A stretch of 64,000 nt of DNA from Utricularia gibba (GCA_002189035.1 CM007992.1:2604001-2668000); one strand, 5' to 3'; shown: positions 12,351 to 31,458, counted from the first letter of the stretch. Numbers and translations: made by a program. The notes: generated from the letters alone by a model not told the origin.

Positions 12351-13492
12351 TTTATCCAACTTTATTTACATATAAATATTTAACGAAAAAGCAAATAAGG
12401 AAAGTATTTCAAAGAATACAAAATATCTTGAATGTTCTTGTAGTTTTCTAGGGTCATCTTATTCTTATGATCTTCAAGTTCTTAGTAGAGATTCTTATAA
12501 TATCCCAATTTTCTTATTTTTTGGATCACCATATCGTCACCTCTTTAATTTCTTTCACAAATCTGACTTGAAAAATGGCTAAATATTAAGGAAATCCATA
12601 GAAAAACAAAAACTCTTTAAACCCCATAACAAAAAGTATCAATTATCATGTATTTGATAAAAAAATGTGTTAGATTTATATAGAATATTACTAAAATGTC
12701 CATAATCATATAAGGTTTTAATATGATTGAGATGATGCAATTGGAATTTTCTTTCGAGTTATCATCATTTTGGATCCCGACAAGTGCTATGCTTTCAAGG
12801 GGCGGGTCCATTCCATTGATATCAAATCATGGGCCAAAGCCCATCCATTTGCGGGGCATGAGGGATTGTGTGGGTTCCACCTGCAGTTTGAATTGTCAAC
12901 ATCAATGCTTTTGGGTGCCCCCCCATGCCCTTTCATGTCAATTTCTACGAGGCTACTCCTGGCCCCCATTGTCGATATCCCTCAATATTATATTATTGTT
13001 ATTTTACGTACTAATTGCAGGCTTAATACGATTAATTAAATGTTAAATCTGATTTGACCTTCCATAGACCGGTACCCCTTTCCTTTAAAAAAAAACATAA
13101 AGAGAAATACACACAACAGATATAAAAGAACACCTTAGAAAAAGTGTATAAATATTTCAAGAACGTGGAAGAGAAAGTAATTGTTAACTTTATAATTTCA
13201 CTCCATGGTCCATTGATTTAACTCAATATTTCTTTAAAAAAATGATGTATTTTTAAAACATTATAACAACATATTGTCATCCAAATTAAGATTTTCAGAG
13301 GTGGCAGAATTAATTATTAACCGAAGCATAAGAAAATTTAATTTTCTGATCCAAGACATGATATGCCTCTTTAGATAAGGGGAATATGCGATGCTTGCCT
13401 TGGCCTGCTGCTCTCTTTTTCCTTTGTCCAGTCCCCTTCTGCAGAATCACAACACTATCGGAGGGGAACAACCAGAACCAGAAGAGGGAAGA

Positions 13493-14179
13493 ATGCTTCA
13501 AGACTCGGTTTCTTCTACATGGGAATCCATGGCTAACTGGTTCACTCCAACCATCCTCTTCCTCCTCCTGAATCTCATGATTGGAATCATTGCTTTCACT
13601 TCCTCGATTACCAAACCAGACAATGTTTCCAGATCCACAAAATTAGCTTTCCTCCGCCGCCTCAAATCCACCAATCTCCAGACCAAGCGCCAGTCTTTTG
13701 ATTCCGATTCCTTTTACGATGGTATCGAGTCGCACGCACATTACATCTTCCAACATGCTATGCCGACTACGGCCATCCAATCCGATCCTCAGGTTGAGAC
13801 TCGTCTCAGTTTGGAAACGCAACCCCCAATCGAAGCTGAAAGCGACTCCGGTGCCGCCGATTGTTTAGATTTGGCGTTGACGGCGCATGAGGATAGCGGT
13901 AGCTTGAGCGAAGTTCACAATCAGGTGACGGGGAATCAAATCGATGGCTTCAGATCGGCGAGTTTGGGATTGGATTTTAGGCATGGTGAGGAGGAGGCAA
14001 ACGACGAGGACGACTTGGAGACACGGCAGCCGGTGACTGCGTTGGAGAGAGGTAGCTCCAAAGGCGACGGCGACAAGGAAGTGGACGCGCGAGCCGATGA
14101 CTTCATCAGCAAGTTCAAGCATCAGCTAAAGCTGCAACGAGCGGAATCCCTCCTCAGGGCAGCAGGTGCGAAGATGTGA
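13493..14179 (+). CDS. DUF4408 / DUF761 (cotton-fibre-expressed / PAMP-induced A70-like) protein, intronless, 228 aa
   Basis: N-terminal WFTPTILFLLLNLMIGIIAFTS (DUF4408) and C-terminal EVDARADDFISKFKHQLKLQR (DUF761). ATG 13493 (MLQDSVSSTW) fits the usual family start. An in-frame ATG also exists at 13391. Confidence 0.85.
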   Translation: MLQDSVSSTWESMANWFTPTILFLLLNLMIGIIAFTSSITKPDNVSRSTKLAFLRRLKSTNLQTKRQSFDSDSFYDGIESHAHYIFQHAMPTTAIQSDPQVETRLSLETQPPIEAESDSGAADCLDLALTAHEDSGSLSEVHNQVTGNQIDGFRSASLGLDFRHGEEEANDEDDLETRQPVTALERGSSKGDGDKEVDARADDFISKFKHQLKLQRAESLLRAAGAKM

Positions 14180-15272
14180 TTCCACATTTCTTTGGGGCGT
14201 ATTTCGTAATTTTTCTTTTCTGTTGACTTTACGGGGGATGGAGTGGGGTGGTAACGATGTTAAGGATGGCGTTTCGGTAATTTCCTTACATGGTGATTGA
14301 CATGTCGGAATATATGGACGGTAATTTCATGTCTACTAACCCCTTTTATTTATTTATTTATTATTTCTTGAAAAAAATGAGATTTTGCGACACAATTCAG
14401 TCATCGGCCTAAATCCTTTTAAGAAGTGGTCATTTCTCACGCAGCTAATTTGAGAAGTGTTTATCTTCTCAAATCCTTTTAAAAAATGATCAATCTCTAT
14501 TATATTGATTTTGAAATAAATCTTTAATTTGAATTTCTGTATTTCTATTGATCATATTACAAAAAAAAAAACGAAAAAATGGAAAGCTATTCTAAATTAT
14601 TTATATAGTAAATATATTTCATTTTACAGTATTCATTAAAATTACATGTATGTATCATTAGATTTCCTAATATATTTGTAATGATAACTTAATAGAGGTT
14701 GATCATTCATCCACAACCTAACCATGCATTAATACAATTTCTGTAAGACAATAGAACTATGTATATTGATGTTTTTCTTATAAAGCTCACAATGCTTATG
14801 ACCTTCTTGTTATAGGGTTATTAATATTTTGATTGTTTTGATTGTGATTTCCATAACATTAAATGTCTTTTAGGCATTATGAGAAAGATAAAAAAAAAGT
14901 TAAAGATTGATGATCTAGAAAATAGAAAAATTGGGAGTACTTATACATTACGATCTAAAACTCCAATATCAATTCGAAAATTCTAAGAATAAGATAAATT
15001 TCGAAACTCAAGAATAACTGAAAGAATAGTGTCTCTTTTTTGTCCAAAAGTCTTATACTTGCCCTTTTTTGTATTTATACTTGTATAGAGACAATTATCA
15101 AGATGAAACTTTCTCTCTTTTGCCATATATTCTTGTTTATATCTCTGATACGGGGATCTATCCCCCAATTTTCGATTAGAAGACAAAGGTATCGACCAAC
15201 CCAATAGGGCAGTGTTTTTCAGATAGTTTAGACATCCAAATTGAACTCCTTAAAAGAATCTCATAAAAAAAA

Positions 15273-15575
15273 ATGATTCTTTATGCTATGGTTTCAACTT
15301 TTCTTAGCAGTATCATGAAAATCAATGAGATTGTTTTATACAATGCAATGCATCAACTACATTATAAAAGAGACAACTTTGACATTTTGGCTTGGTGTAA
15401 GTGTCAATCCTCAAGTTATCCAGTTTTGGAAGTGGTGACTAGAGCGATTTTCACATCCCCCATGTCTACATTTGCATCAAAAAGTGCATACAAGTTAGAC
15501 GGGAAAGTATTGTCACCAAGACAGTTCAAATTAACAGACGCAACATTGGAGATTTGCATTTGTTTGAAATATTGA
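15273..15575 (+). mobile_element. hAT transposase C-terminal dimerisation-domain remnant
   Basis: FDILAWCK..SSYPVL....AIFTSPMSTFASKSAY..GKVLSP..LTDATLEICICLK matches the degenerate DILxWWK..YPIL..IPVSTVASESAFS pattern. Confidence 0.7.
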
Positions 15576-16039
15576 AATAGATTAGATCATATAATACAAA
15601 ATCTTGTCTTAGATGAAGATGAGGATGACGACAACAAAGATGATGGTTCTACATCTGGAAAAAGAGTGAATTTTTTTTTTTCATTTTTATGTTTAGTTTT
15701 TTTTATCTAAAAATAATTAAAAAAGTTTTTAATTCTACTTGTGTTGTTCGAAATTACACAACCAATCTCAAGCCTAGAAAAAGGAGAGAAAACTTGTATG
15801 TTGTTGCCTGTAACTTCTGTATATCTTCATTCATGTTAGTTTTACAAATATTAGAAGATGTAATTCATATTTTGATTCATTCTTGTAGTTCTGGTTCAAA
15901 AAATAGAGCCTCCTACTAGTATTTTGAATCAAAAGGTGGCTATGCAACACAATTTCGAGAACATTATGCAAATTCCTATTGCTGATGGGGTTCCTTGCAA
16001 GTGAAGAACGATATTCATCTTATGCTGAGCTTCTAGTGA

Positions 16040-17286
16040 TGAATCAAGTACTTCCTTTTTGTTATAGTTTTATTTAGTGTTGCGTATCGTTTACTCAACA
16101 AATTTAAAATGTATAAAGCTTAAAACATAAAAGAGCGTAATACGAGTATCGATCTCAGGGAGTTGTTTTTCGCGATAAATGTTTTGTAGAAAAATTTCAC
16201 AAAACGTCATGGTTTTGTAAAAGGGGGTTTTTCAGATCTAGAAATAAAAGTCACAACCTAAGTGATAGGTTTTGACTACGGGACGTAGTTTTTGGGAATG
16301 AGATTCCGTCTCCTTCCTTTGTCTATCCTTGTCTCAGTTTTCACTAATTTCTTCCGAATAGCTGCTTTTAGGAACAAAGAATAGTCTACTCTCCCTTACA
16401 CTCTAATTGATAAGGAGGCATGGAAATAACCTCATGTGATTCCCCCTTATACGATTAAGAAGACAAGAGGATTGTCGTTAATTGACTTCAAAACCGAATT
16501 GTGCACGTGTGCCCAGCTATTGCCAATGGCCAGTGACAGGCTCGAGGTTACAACCTATCCGCTGTCGTGGTAGTTAGGCCACAAACAATCCGCTACTTCT
16601 CTCGATCCGGTGGGGTTGTAGTTGATGCTCTTCACCTTGATTTTCACCAAAATCTGTGAGGAGTGCCATGCTACTCATGGACCTTGACTAGGAGTCGTTA
16701 CAGAAAGATTGCAACAATATGCTTGGAAGTATGCGAAATCCCTCGAACCGGGTGTATTGCTCAAGACTTGGAAGGAAACTTCATCTACTCCAAAAAACTA
16801 AAAAGGTTTTTAGCCCAAAGAGGCCATGAAAACATAAAAACGAAAATGAAGCCTAAGTGTTCTTCCTTCTTGAAGGGGAGGAAGAACCCAAAAGTTCTAA
16901 GTGCAAAGAGTAAATATAAAAAAGGTACGAAAATAAGTGTTCCAAATTGCTTTTATATCACTATCCACGTGCATTAACTTTTTCTGGTCCTCTTCCTATC
17001 ATTCCTTCTTTCTTGCATGTGCCACCAGCTTTCCCTTGCGTGCAAGTTAACGCCTAATCATTTCTACAGACTCTGACATGTCGTAAGTCAGGGGTCTTGA
17101 CCAGTGTCAGTTTTCCGCCCACAATCATCCAAGTCGCATACAAGGCACGAAAAGTTAGAGTTTGGCCTCCTGCAACACTCCACGACTGCCTCATGATATG
17201 TCTCGGTCAAAGTGCACGAAAAAGATAAAGAAAATATATACAAAATAGAAAATTAGGATTTTTTTAGGAAAATCAATTACTTATCA
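16040..17286. mobile_element. Ty3/gypsy LTR-derived segment (solo-LTR-like)
   Basis: The start region (CAAATTTAAAA..TTAAAACATAA..GTATCGATCTCAGGGAG) resembles the LTR-like start at 4460-4560. The end TTACTTATCA resembles the LTR end at 32911. No TSD found. Confidence 0.45.
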
Positions 17287-17749
17287 ATATAATTCCTAAT
17301 TGAACGACTTAACATTAGATTAAGACTTAATAATACCTAATAATAAACTAGAAAAAGATACTTAACATTTAGTATTTGATTGTGTTTCTTGGGTATTATA
17401 TTTCAACTTACTTCCTTCTGCTATGTTTCTCTCTTTTTATTTGTTTAGTAATTGTTTTTTTAACTCAAATATCATGATTTTGGTAAAGAAAAAGATTGAC
17501 TTCTACACTTGGGATAGTGGAATATCCATGCCTCTTTTCAGCTTATGCAAACGAATCTAGAAAAAGAATTTAATAGGCAATACATCCAAAGACATAGGTA
17601 AAATTGAATTAAAGATCTCGCAGAGTGATATGAAATAAAGATTGTCACCAAAGCCAAATGAATCTTCAACAACTAGAGGAAGCTAAACCAATCATACTCA
17701 TTTCATTTCAATCTAAGGAGAAGTTTAAATGGGGTGTGGAAAGCCCATT

Positions 17750-17890
17750 GAAACCTAACAAGTCAAGACTCGGCAACCCGTAGTCGGGTGACCCGCGGGT
17801 GTGGGTTGAGTCAAGGGTTGAAACCCATCGACCCATGACCCAGGGCATGACTTGCCTTGGTTGACCAGTGACCCGATGAGTCATAACTCA
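17750..17890. repeat. GC-rich cluster of GACCC(G) motifs, MITE/hAT subterminal-like
   Basis: Repeated GACCCG/GACCCA/CGGGT words in AT-rich surroundings. Confidence 0.3.
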
Positions 17891-18169
17891 TGCCCACATC
17901 TATTTCCAGTCATAGGATTGGGTCTCAACAAATTTCACATCTTGGCTCATAGCAAGTTTTTTAGTGTAAGGTAAGAGGATTCTATAAACTTTACTAACAT
18001 CACTATAGCCTACAAAGATCCCAAGTTTTGTTCTTTTATCTAATTTATTTCTCTTTACTTCAAGTACATGAACATAATATATGCACCCGAAAATTCTCTA
18101 GTGTCCTATAGATATTTTCTTTCCATGCCACATTTCATAGGATGATATCTTATTCAGAACTCAAGATGG

Positions 18170-18660
18170 GAGTATATTGAGCAGATAATTTGCCAAAGTT
18201 CAGTAGGTAATTGTTTCTCAATCAGTAAGCATCTAACCATGTTTAGTATTTTTTTATTTTTTCGCTCACTAACTCCATTTTTTTTAGGGGAATAAGGAGT
18301 GGTAAAGTGCTAAATTATTTCCTCAAAGTCACAGAAATTTTTAAGGATATTTGACACATACTCCCCTCCATTATTAGACCTTAGAACTTTAATTTTTTGT
18401 CTTGTTTGATTTTCTTCCATGCTTTTGATTTTTTTGAACACTTCATAGGTCTGTGCTTTGGATTTTAGGAAGTAGATCCAACAATAGTGTGAATAATCAT
18501 CAATCAAAGTGGGGAAGTATCTGCAACAACTAATTGAAGGTTCTTTACACGGGCCACATAAATCAATGTGCACCAAGTTAAGTTTACTTGAGGTTCTACT
18601 ACCTTTAGAAGTGTAGTGGAGTTTGATAAGCTTGCCCTTTTGACATGTTTGATAGTTGAT
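18170..18660 (-). mobile_element. Ty1/Copia integrase fragment
   Basis: ORF 18310-18576 reads VHIDLCGP..RYFPTLIDDYSHYCWIYFLKSK..KIKVLRSNNGGEY, the rve core pattern. Confidence 0.85.
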
Positions 18661-19689
18661 TTTGTAGAATTTAATAATTATTATTTTTTACATATATATA
18701 CGTAACTTAAAAATATTGAATTTATTAAAAAAAATATTAGATAAACATGTCTTTCCTTTTTATTAATTCACAGCCTCCTCTTTCATCTTCATGACACAAC
18801 AGTCCTTCAAAATAGGCTCTCCATCAGTCTCGCACATACAATTGGTGATACCTCCATCAATATCTCACGTTCCTTCAAAAATCATGGAGGATGATTTTTA
18901 AGGAAGATCTCGTTTGTTCTCTTATGCTGCCTCGTTTTTCACCTTCTAACATGTGTAACCGTTTAACCATTCACTTAAGCACAACTAAATTCAAGTAAAG
19001 ATTAGATAAAACATGATAATAAAGACGCTTACTATAATATAAGTAAAATCTAAAATGTATGTTATAAACGTTTCATTTTAATTACATTTAAACATAGAAA
19101 AAGACAAAAAAAATGACGATAAAATGATATTTAACAGATATTACTTGCTTTTTAGTTTTGATTTCTAACATTCTGATATTAGCTTTCATTATTCAAGGCT
19201 AACTTATGGTTGATGACTTAGGATGTGCTAAGGTGGTGTGGGATTCAACGCTCTATTTCTTATCTGCATTTCTACATGTTTGATGTTTGTTTTACCATAT
19301 CTCAGGTAGACTTAAAGGAGTAGAACAATTGACACCACATCTTAGAAATCCAATGTGAAGTACACCAAAGAATTCGAATGGGTGGAATAGGTAAAATTCT
19401 TGGATAGAAACCGATATAACTAGGTAGAGCTAATTCTATTTATTTCATGAATTGATAGATCTAAATATGAAATGGTTAGAGACACATGAAAATGTTGTAA
19501 ATGAAAAATTTTGGAAATTTCAAATTGCATAAATATAAAAATGCAGATTGGATTTGGAAATTTGTTTACCACACTACTTAAAGTCACTTTAAGTCATCAT
19601 TGTTTTATTTGGTATCAAATATGAGCTTGTTATTTCCTGTATTTACGTTTCATTTGGTTTACTAATTCTATAGGCAATCGTTAGTTTAT

Positions 19690-20350
19690 ACTATGATTTA
19701 AAATAAAAGTATTTTGTGACATTGCACTTAGAAAACACATTGCAAGTGTCCACCTTTTGCCATTGAATTCATATGCGCCAGCATCACAAATCCAAATCTC
19801 AATTGTTGGATGTTAGATTAGCTTTTAAAGAGAATCCTTTATCGAAAAGCCTTGGGGAATCCCTTATTAAGGTGTGTCCCATCTTTCTACTTTACATAGA
19901 TCTTGATAGAGGCACACAACGGGGAATGTGCACGAATCCCAAAAGATACTAGCATTATTGACCTACTATGATGAGAGATAGAGAAGAGTATGCCTCAAAA
20001 CACAAAACCTATCAACTATACATTTGACCATTTGGAAATCAATATCCTAGGACCATTTGTACTTGCTCACTTGAGACAGCATTTATGTGTGGGTAATTCC
20101 ATATTTTCAAATCACACAAATAAGAATTCTCCAATATTCATTAATATTAGAGTTTTCATAGAAATCTTTAAGTGTTAGAACTAAATTAGGAACACATTAC
20201 CTTCATAAAAGAGACCATCCCTCGACTTTGAAAAATCTATCAAGCATTAGAAAAAAGAATTGACTTACTAGTAGGCTCTCTTTCCTTCTATTTAAAGCTC
20301 GAGAGTCCAGAAATATGGAAATTAACATCATTCATTTAAGGAAACATAGT
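19690..20350 (-). mobile_element. Decayed Copia gag/protease fragment (boundaries approximate)
   Basis: WICDAGAYEF at about 19765-19795 resembles the Copia protease motif WxxDSGASxH. Confidence 0.3.
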
Positions 20351-20824
20351 TATTAACATCATTCAAAAAACCATCAAATGAAATAATAAATTTTGAAATA
20401 GAAATCAAGGTAAAATACAAATAAAATAAGAAAATGAAGGGATATCGCTAATTATGTTGAAATCATTAGGATAAAATCTCATTGTATATTTTAAATTGAG
20501 GTAATATAAAAACAATTATAAAAGACACAGGAAATTACTAATTGGAGTTATATGAAAATATTTTTTAAAAATTAAGATATTTCACCTATTATAGATGTGA
20601 AGCCGAAAGAAATGGAGACTTGAAATATCTCAATGGAAAATTGGGTATTTCACCTATTTAGGTATTAAACTTTTTGGGAGAGAATTAAAATGCCAATTTA
20701 CCCAACGGTGTTGATATTCCGCCACATCGGAACCGGGTCGACCCGAGCGACCCCGAGGTGATGACCCGGATTTAGAACTTGAAATGGTGGCTTCAGTTTT
20801 CACTGGGATTTAAGTTGGTTGAGA

Positions 20825-27238
<6,414 letters not shown>

Positions 27239-28173
27239 TTTCGCAGCTTCCAAGTTTTTTTTTATTTTTGTAATTGAGTTTTGTATGTTTTAAAAATGTT
27301 GTTAAAATTGAACTGTTTAATATTATATTTTTTTTTTGAGAAAACAGTAATAATATCTCAAGTTTCTATAATATAAAAAAATTTAATCTTTAAGTTTAAA
27401 ACTTATAAAAAACACTTCAAATTGTTAAAATGAATGTTACGAGGATTTATACAATTTTTAAAATTTTTAAAAAGTAAATCATTTTTTGCAATTTTTAAAA
27501 AGTGATACATTAAAGCTATGAATAGATTTTATTTCAAATCCAATAAAATTTTATGTGAAATTTTTGCATTTGTTCGAAGTTCAATAAATCTAATAATACT
27601 TCTATTAATATTATATCATATTTATGTCTCGTATGATTTAAAATAATGATGATTATATCATATTTACATTTCATATGATTCAAAGTAATAATTTTTACAA
27701 CGTATTTTGTATAGTATATCACTATAACAATATTAGGATAAAAAACTATTAATTTTGATAATATGAGGAATTAGATATGTAATTTTATAAATTTGAAAGC
27801 AAAATGTTTACAAAAAAAAAATAATTTGAAAAATGTATTACATAATTTTGAAAGTTGAAATTAAATTTTTTATATGGGTATAATAGCGCCTCCAAACTCC
27901 ACCTTTTTTGTTATGAAAAGCCATATGCTATTATACATTTTTTATTATTATTACTGCACGTTTGATTGACAGGTTTGTGATTTTTCTCAATTTATTAAAA
28001 CAAGACATTTATTTAAGGGAAAATCATACATGTAATAAAAGTAAGTGCCATTGAACGTAGACAGTAGCCAGTAGCCCATAGGGGAGGAGAGGGGAGCCTG
28101 ATGAGGACTGAATAATTGAGTAGTACACATAACACAACAAAATTAATAGTATAAGAAAAAGCAAGAGTTGACT

Positions 28174-29517
28174 TCAGCCATGGTGGTTGAAGGCTTCCCA
28201 AACCAGATTCTTAGGCACAGGACTAGACAAACTACGAGCCTGCAATGCTGCGTTTCTCAGAGTCCTCAAAGTCATCCGATTTGCTTCAAGAAACGTGACA
28301 GAATTGTAAGGCAAGCCATGCTTCTTGCACAGATCCTTCACAAATGGCGAAACCTTCCTAAGCTGGGAATGGGGCAGTCTGGGGAACAGATGGTGCTCTA
28401 TCTGAAACTGAAGCCCCCCATGGAACCAGTCCATCCAGGGGTGGCATTGTATGTTGAGACTGCCCCTCGTTTGCTTCTCGAACCAGTCGTGTCCGGTTGG
28501 CGGCCCCAGGTATACTTCTGAGGAGAAGTGGTTCAAGCAGAACTGAACGTGTTGAATGCCTGTGATCATGAAGCTGGCAGCAAAGAATGCAAGTCTTTCT
28601 CCCCAATTCGGCAGGCATGAGAGTAGTAATGGGTACCAAGTAAGGAACAGTAGAACTCCAAGAAGCTCTAGAGTTCTGTGAGGCACATTGCGTTTGCACA
28701 GCAGCAAGATAAGGGATTGAGCAAGGAGGTTGATTCTGGCGAATCCCATTACGGGGTAGAATGTCCAGTGCTGGTGACTAATCAGAAATCGAGATACGCT
28801 ATTGAAAACCATTTTTCTGTCATAAAAGTAGGAAGTCAGGGAGTGAAAGAGCTTGGATGAGACTGCGAAAAGAGGCATGTGTTGAAGATCCGGATCATAA
28901 TCAAGACTATTGCAAGCAATATGATGAGCATTATGATTCCTTTTCCACCAAGCCATGCTGAGTCCAGTGAGACAATTCCCAGTAAGAATCTGTACAAATC
29001 TGTTCAAATTGGGAGTGGGCATAATCTGATAATGACCAGAATCATGTCCAATCCATCCACTCTGGATCCACAGGAGCCCTATAAACCCGCCACACAGCGT
29101 ATGAATCCAAAACCCCCGGCAGAAAACAACACCATAAACACTGAAAACAAGCAGCATTGCCATGACAAATAGAGAAACGAAAACCCCATATCCTGTATCC
29201 CTGAAAACATTCATTTTTGACAACTCATAAGTCAGCTTCCTGTAGTCCTTGGAAGCCTCGGACACGCTGAAGTCTTTCACGTAATACCCATTAGAGAATT
29301 TATCAATCAACTGCCAAGCGTAGCTGGGATGATAAGCTATGAATGCATCAGTAGCATCCTGACCAGCGAGACTCATTAAGGGCAATTCTCCACCAGGATG
29401 ATCCTTGGCCCAATCTGAGACGTCACAAACTCTCCCCTGAATCGAGATCCAGAGATCCCCTTTTTTGTTGTGGGTTTTGAGCTCCTCCATGGAAATGTAC
29501 TTCCTGTCTTCCGCCAT
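28174..29517 (-). CDS. SLD: Cytochrome b5-fused front-end desaturase (sphingolipid delta-8 / acyl-lipid delta-6 family), intronless, 447 aa
   Basis: HPGG haem motif and three histidine boxes: HDSGH, HNAHH and QIEHH. Confidence 0.92.
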   Translation of the reverse strand: MAEDRKYISMEELKTHNKKGDLWISIQGRVCDVSDWAKDHPGGELPLMSLAGQDATDAFIAYHPSYAWQLIDKFSNGYYVKDFSVSEASKDYRKLTYELSKMNVFRDTGYGVFVSLFVMAMLLVFSVYGVVFCRGFWIHTLCGGFIGLLWIQSGWIGHDSGHYQIMPTPNLNRFVQILTGNCLTGLSMAWWKRNHNAHHIACNSLDYDPDLQHMPLFAVSSKLFHSLTSYFYDRKMVFNSVSRFLISHQHWTFYPVMGFARINLLAQSLILLLCKRNVPHRTLELLGVLLFLTWYPLLLSCLPNWGERLAFFAASFMITGIQHVQFCLNHFSSEVYLGPPTGHDWFEKQTRGSLNIQCHPWMDWFHGGLQFQIEHHLFPRLPHSQLRKVSPFVKDLCKKHGLPYNSVTFLEANRMTLRTLRNAALQARSLSSPVPKNLVWEAFNHHG

Positions 29518-29630
29518 TGCAGGATTTTGAAGCGGAGAAGAGAAAAAAAATGGAACCAGAGAAAGAGAAATGTGAGCGCTCAGATCTCCAAGGAGTACCG
29601 TTGCTGATGCCTAGTGCTGCTCCTCCTCCC

Positions 29631-29656
29631 TCTCTTATATATATATATATAAGAGA
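29631..29656. promoter_or_regulatory. Perfect 26-bp palindrome TCTCTT(AT)7AAGAGA, probable TATA region of the desaturase gene
   Basis: The sequence is self-complementary and lies about 115 bp upstream of the desaturase ATG. Confidence 0.5.
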
Positions 29657-30631
29657 CAGATATTTTAGGGTAGCAGTAAAAAAGTGAAAAACGGTAAAAC
29701 AACGCGAGGATTTTCCAGCCTGCGCGGCCGTACACCGATTTTGTTGACTTTTTTTTTTAAAAAAAGTAACCATCCTTTTTTGATTTCTTTAATTAAATTT
29801 TATATTGTGCATAAACATGTGTATTTTCACTGTATTTTTAATAAAGGGATAATATAATTTTATATACTACACAAATAAAATCATTATAAAGCAATTCTAT
29901 AAATTTTTAGTATCCCAAATGAATACCATCGGGATTACTTGATTTTTATTCTAATTCTATTTTCGTAATAAATTAAAATTATATTATAATTTTATCAACA
30001 CATATTTTTTAATTATGAATTAAATGTTATAAAAATTATCAATTTGAATATTTCATGCTCATTCTACATAAAAAATATTATTATTATTATTATTGAATAA
30101 TTATAGAGAAAAATATCTAATTTACCATGTCCTTGATAGTATAATATTGTCTAGAAAGAATTAGCTTATGTTTTCACGTTACTTTATTTTCAACGAATTC
30201 AAAATTACAAATCCGTCACAAAAATTACTGCATGAGTTGGGCCCCTAAAAGTAAATATTTTTAAACCGACGATTTTCAATTGGATGAGTGCAGTGAAAAT
30301 AGAAAATTTTGCATAAAAAATCCCCCAATTTTATCATTTTGAAAAATTTAGTTCTCATACATGACATAATTGATCACTGTTCACGCAATTGGTCCCCATA
30401 ATTTAATTTAAAGCACAACATTAATTCCCATAATTTAACATAATAACTCCCCAATGTCATGTTAATGCTTTTGGTTCTCAATGTTTAACCAATTGGCACA
30501 ATCAGCCCTAACCCTTTACAACTTAGCCTTAACTAATTGACTTCATGGGATTAGGGTTTAGGAATAGAAACAGGAATGAAGTGCGGTGGGTACAGATATT
30601 CGGCAAGCCCTACTACTAGTAGCATTATTCG

Positions 30632-30661
30632 TTGTATTGTATTGTATTGTATTGTATTGTA
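30632..30661. repeat. (TTGTA)6 microsatellite
   Basis: Six perfect tandem pentamers. Confidence 0.9.
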
Positions 30662-31412
30662 GGGAGTTTGACCTTGCAGGTGGGAAGATCATGTGCTGTA
30701 TGCCGTACGCTGATGGAAATTACTTTTACAGAATTAAATAATAAAGTAAAATAATTAATTAATGAATTCTTTACGTAGAGAGAAATAACCCTGTGCAAAA
30801 ATATAATTTTGAATAGTGGTAATGTATTCTTCTATTGTGGAAGAAGGAAGGTGGTTGGTTGGTTGAATGCAACTGGGCATCTTGGGCCTTGTGTGAATTT
30901 GGTATAAATTATAAAGAGAGATAATTAAATAAAAAAAATGATGTTTGGTAAGTATGATAAATTATACTTTAGATAATTTATCCTATAAATATTGAATAAC
31001 ATAATGAAAAAGTAAGTATTAGTATAGAATTATCTTATCATAGACCTTCTTTTTATGTATTCATTTTATCGTAGATATAACTTATTCATAAACTAAACAC
31101 ATTCTTATAGGGATAACAACTAGATGCTATCTCGTTTTAACCACAACCACTCACTACAAAAATAATCAATTTCAAAACTGTACACCTCACTTTTGGTGTG
31201 TTTCAAAAACATCCATCCTACTATTTTGCATCAACTACCCACTCTTGAGTTAATAACTCTTGAGCATCCCCCATGGGCTGGCTTGAATGCCCCTCTTTCA
31301 AAATTGGGTTTGCAAAATAAAAGGGGATTTGCTAAATGCCTCACCTTTTAAAACTCCCATTTCATTTATTATTTTGATAAATAATTCTTCTTGATTATAG
31401 AAATAAATAAAT

Positions 31413-31414
<2 letters not shown>

Positions 31415-31454
<40 letters not shown>
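31415..31454. repeat. (AT)20 microsatellite
   Basis: Direct reading. Confidence 0.9.

Positions 31455-31458
<4 letters not shown>

Noticed and set aside
13391-13492. 34-codon in-frame N-terminal extension of the DUF4408/DUF761 ORF
   Set aside because: The family normally starts at the MLxxSVS..W position (13493) and the extension has no recognisable feature. It cannot be excluded without TSS data.
28168-29172. Several 60-117-aa ORFs overlapping the desaturase gene
   Set aside because: They are alternative-frame or antisense by-products of a long coding exon.
30230-30540. Imperfect ~30-bp repeats (GGTCCCCATAATTT-like) upstream of the desaturase gene, considered as a CRISPR-like or regulatory array
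   Set aside because: The spacing is irregular and the units are degenerate, in a plant nuclear context. They resemble the internal repeats of MULE-MITE terminal inverted repeats.
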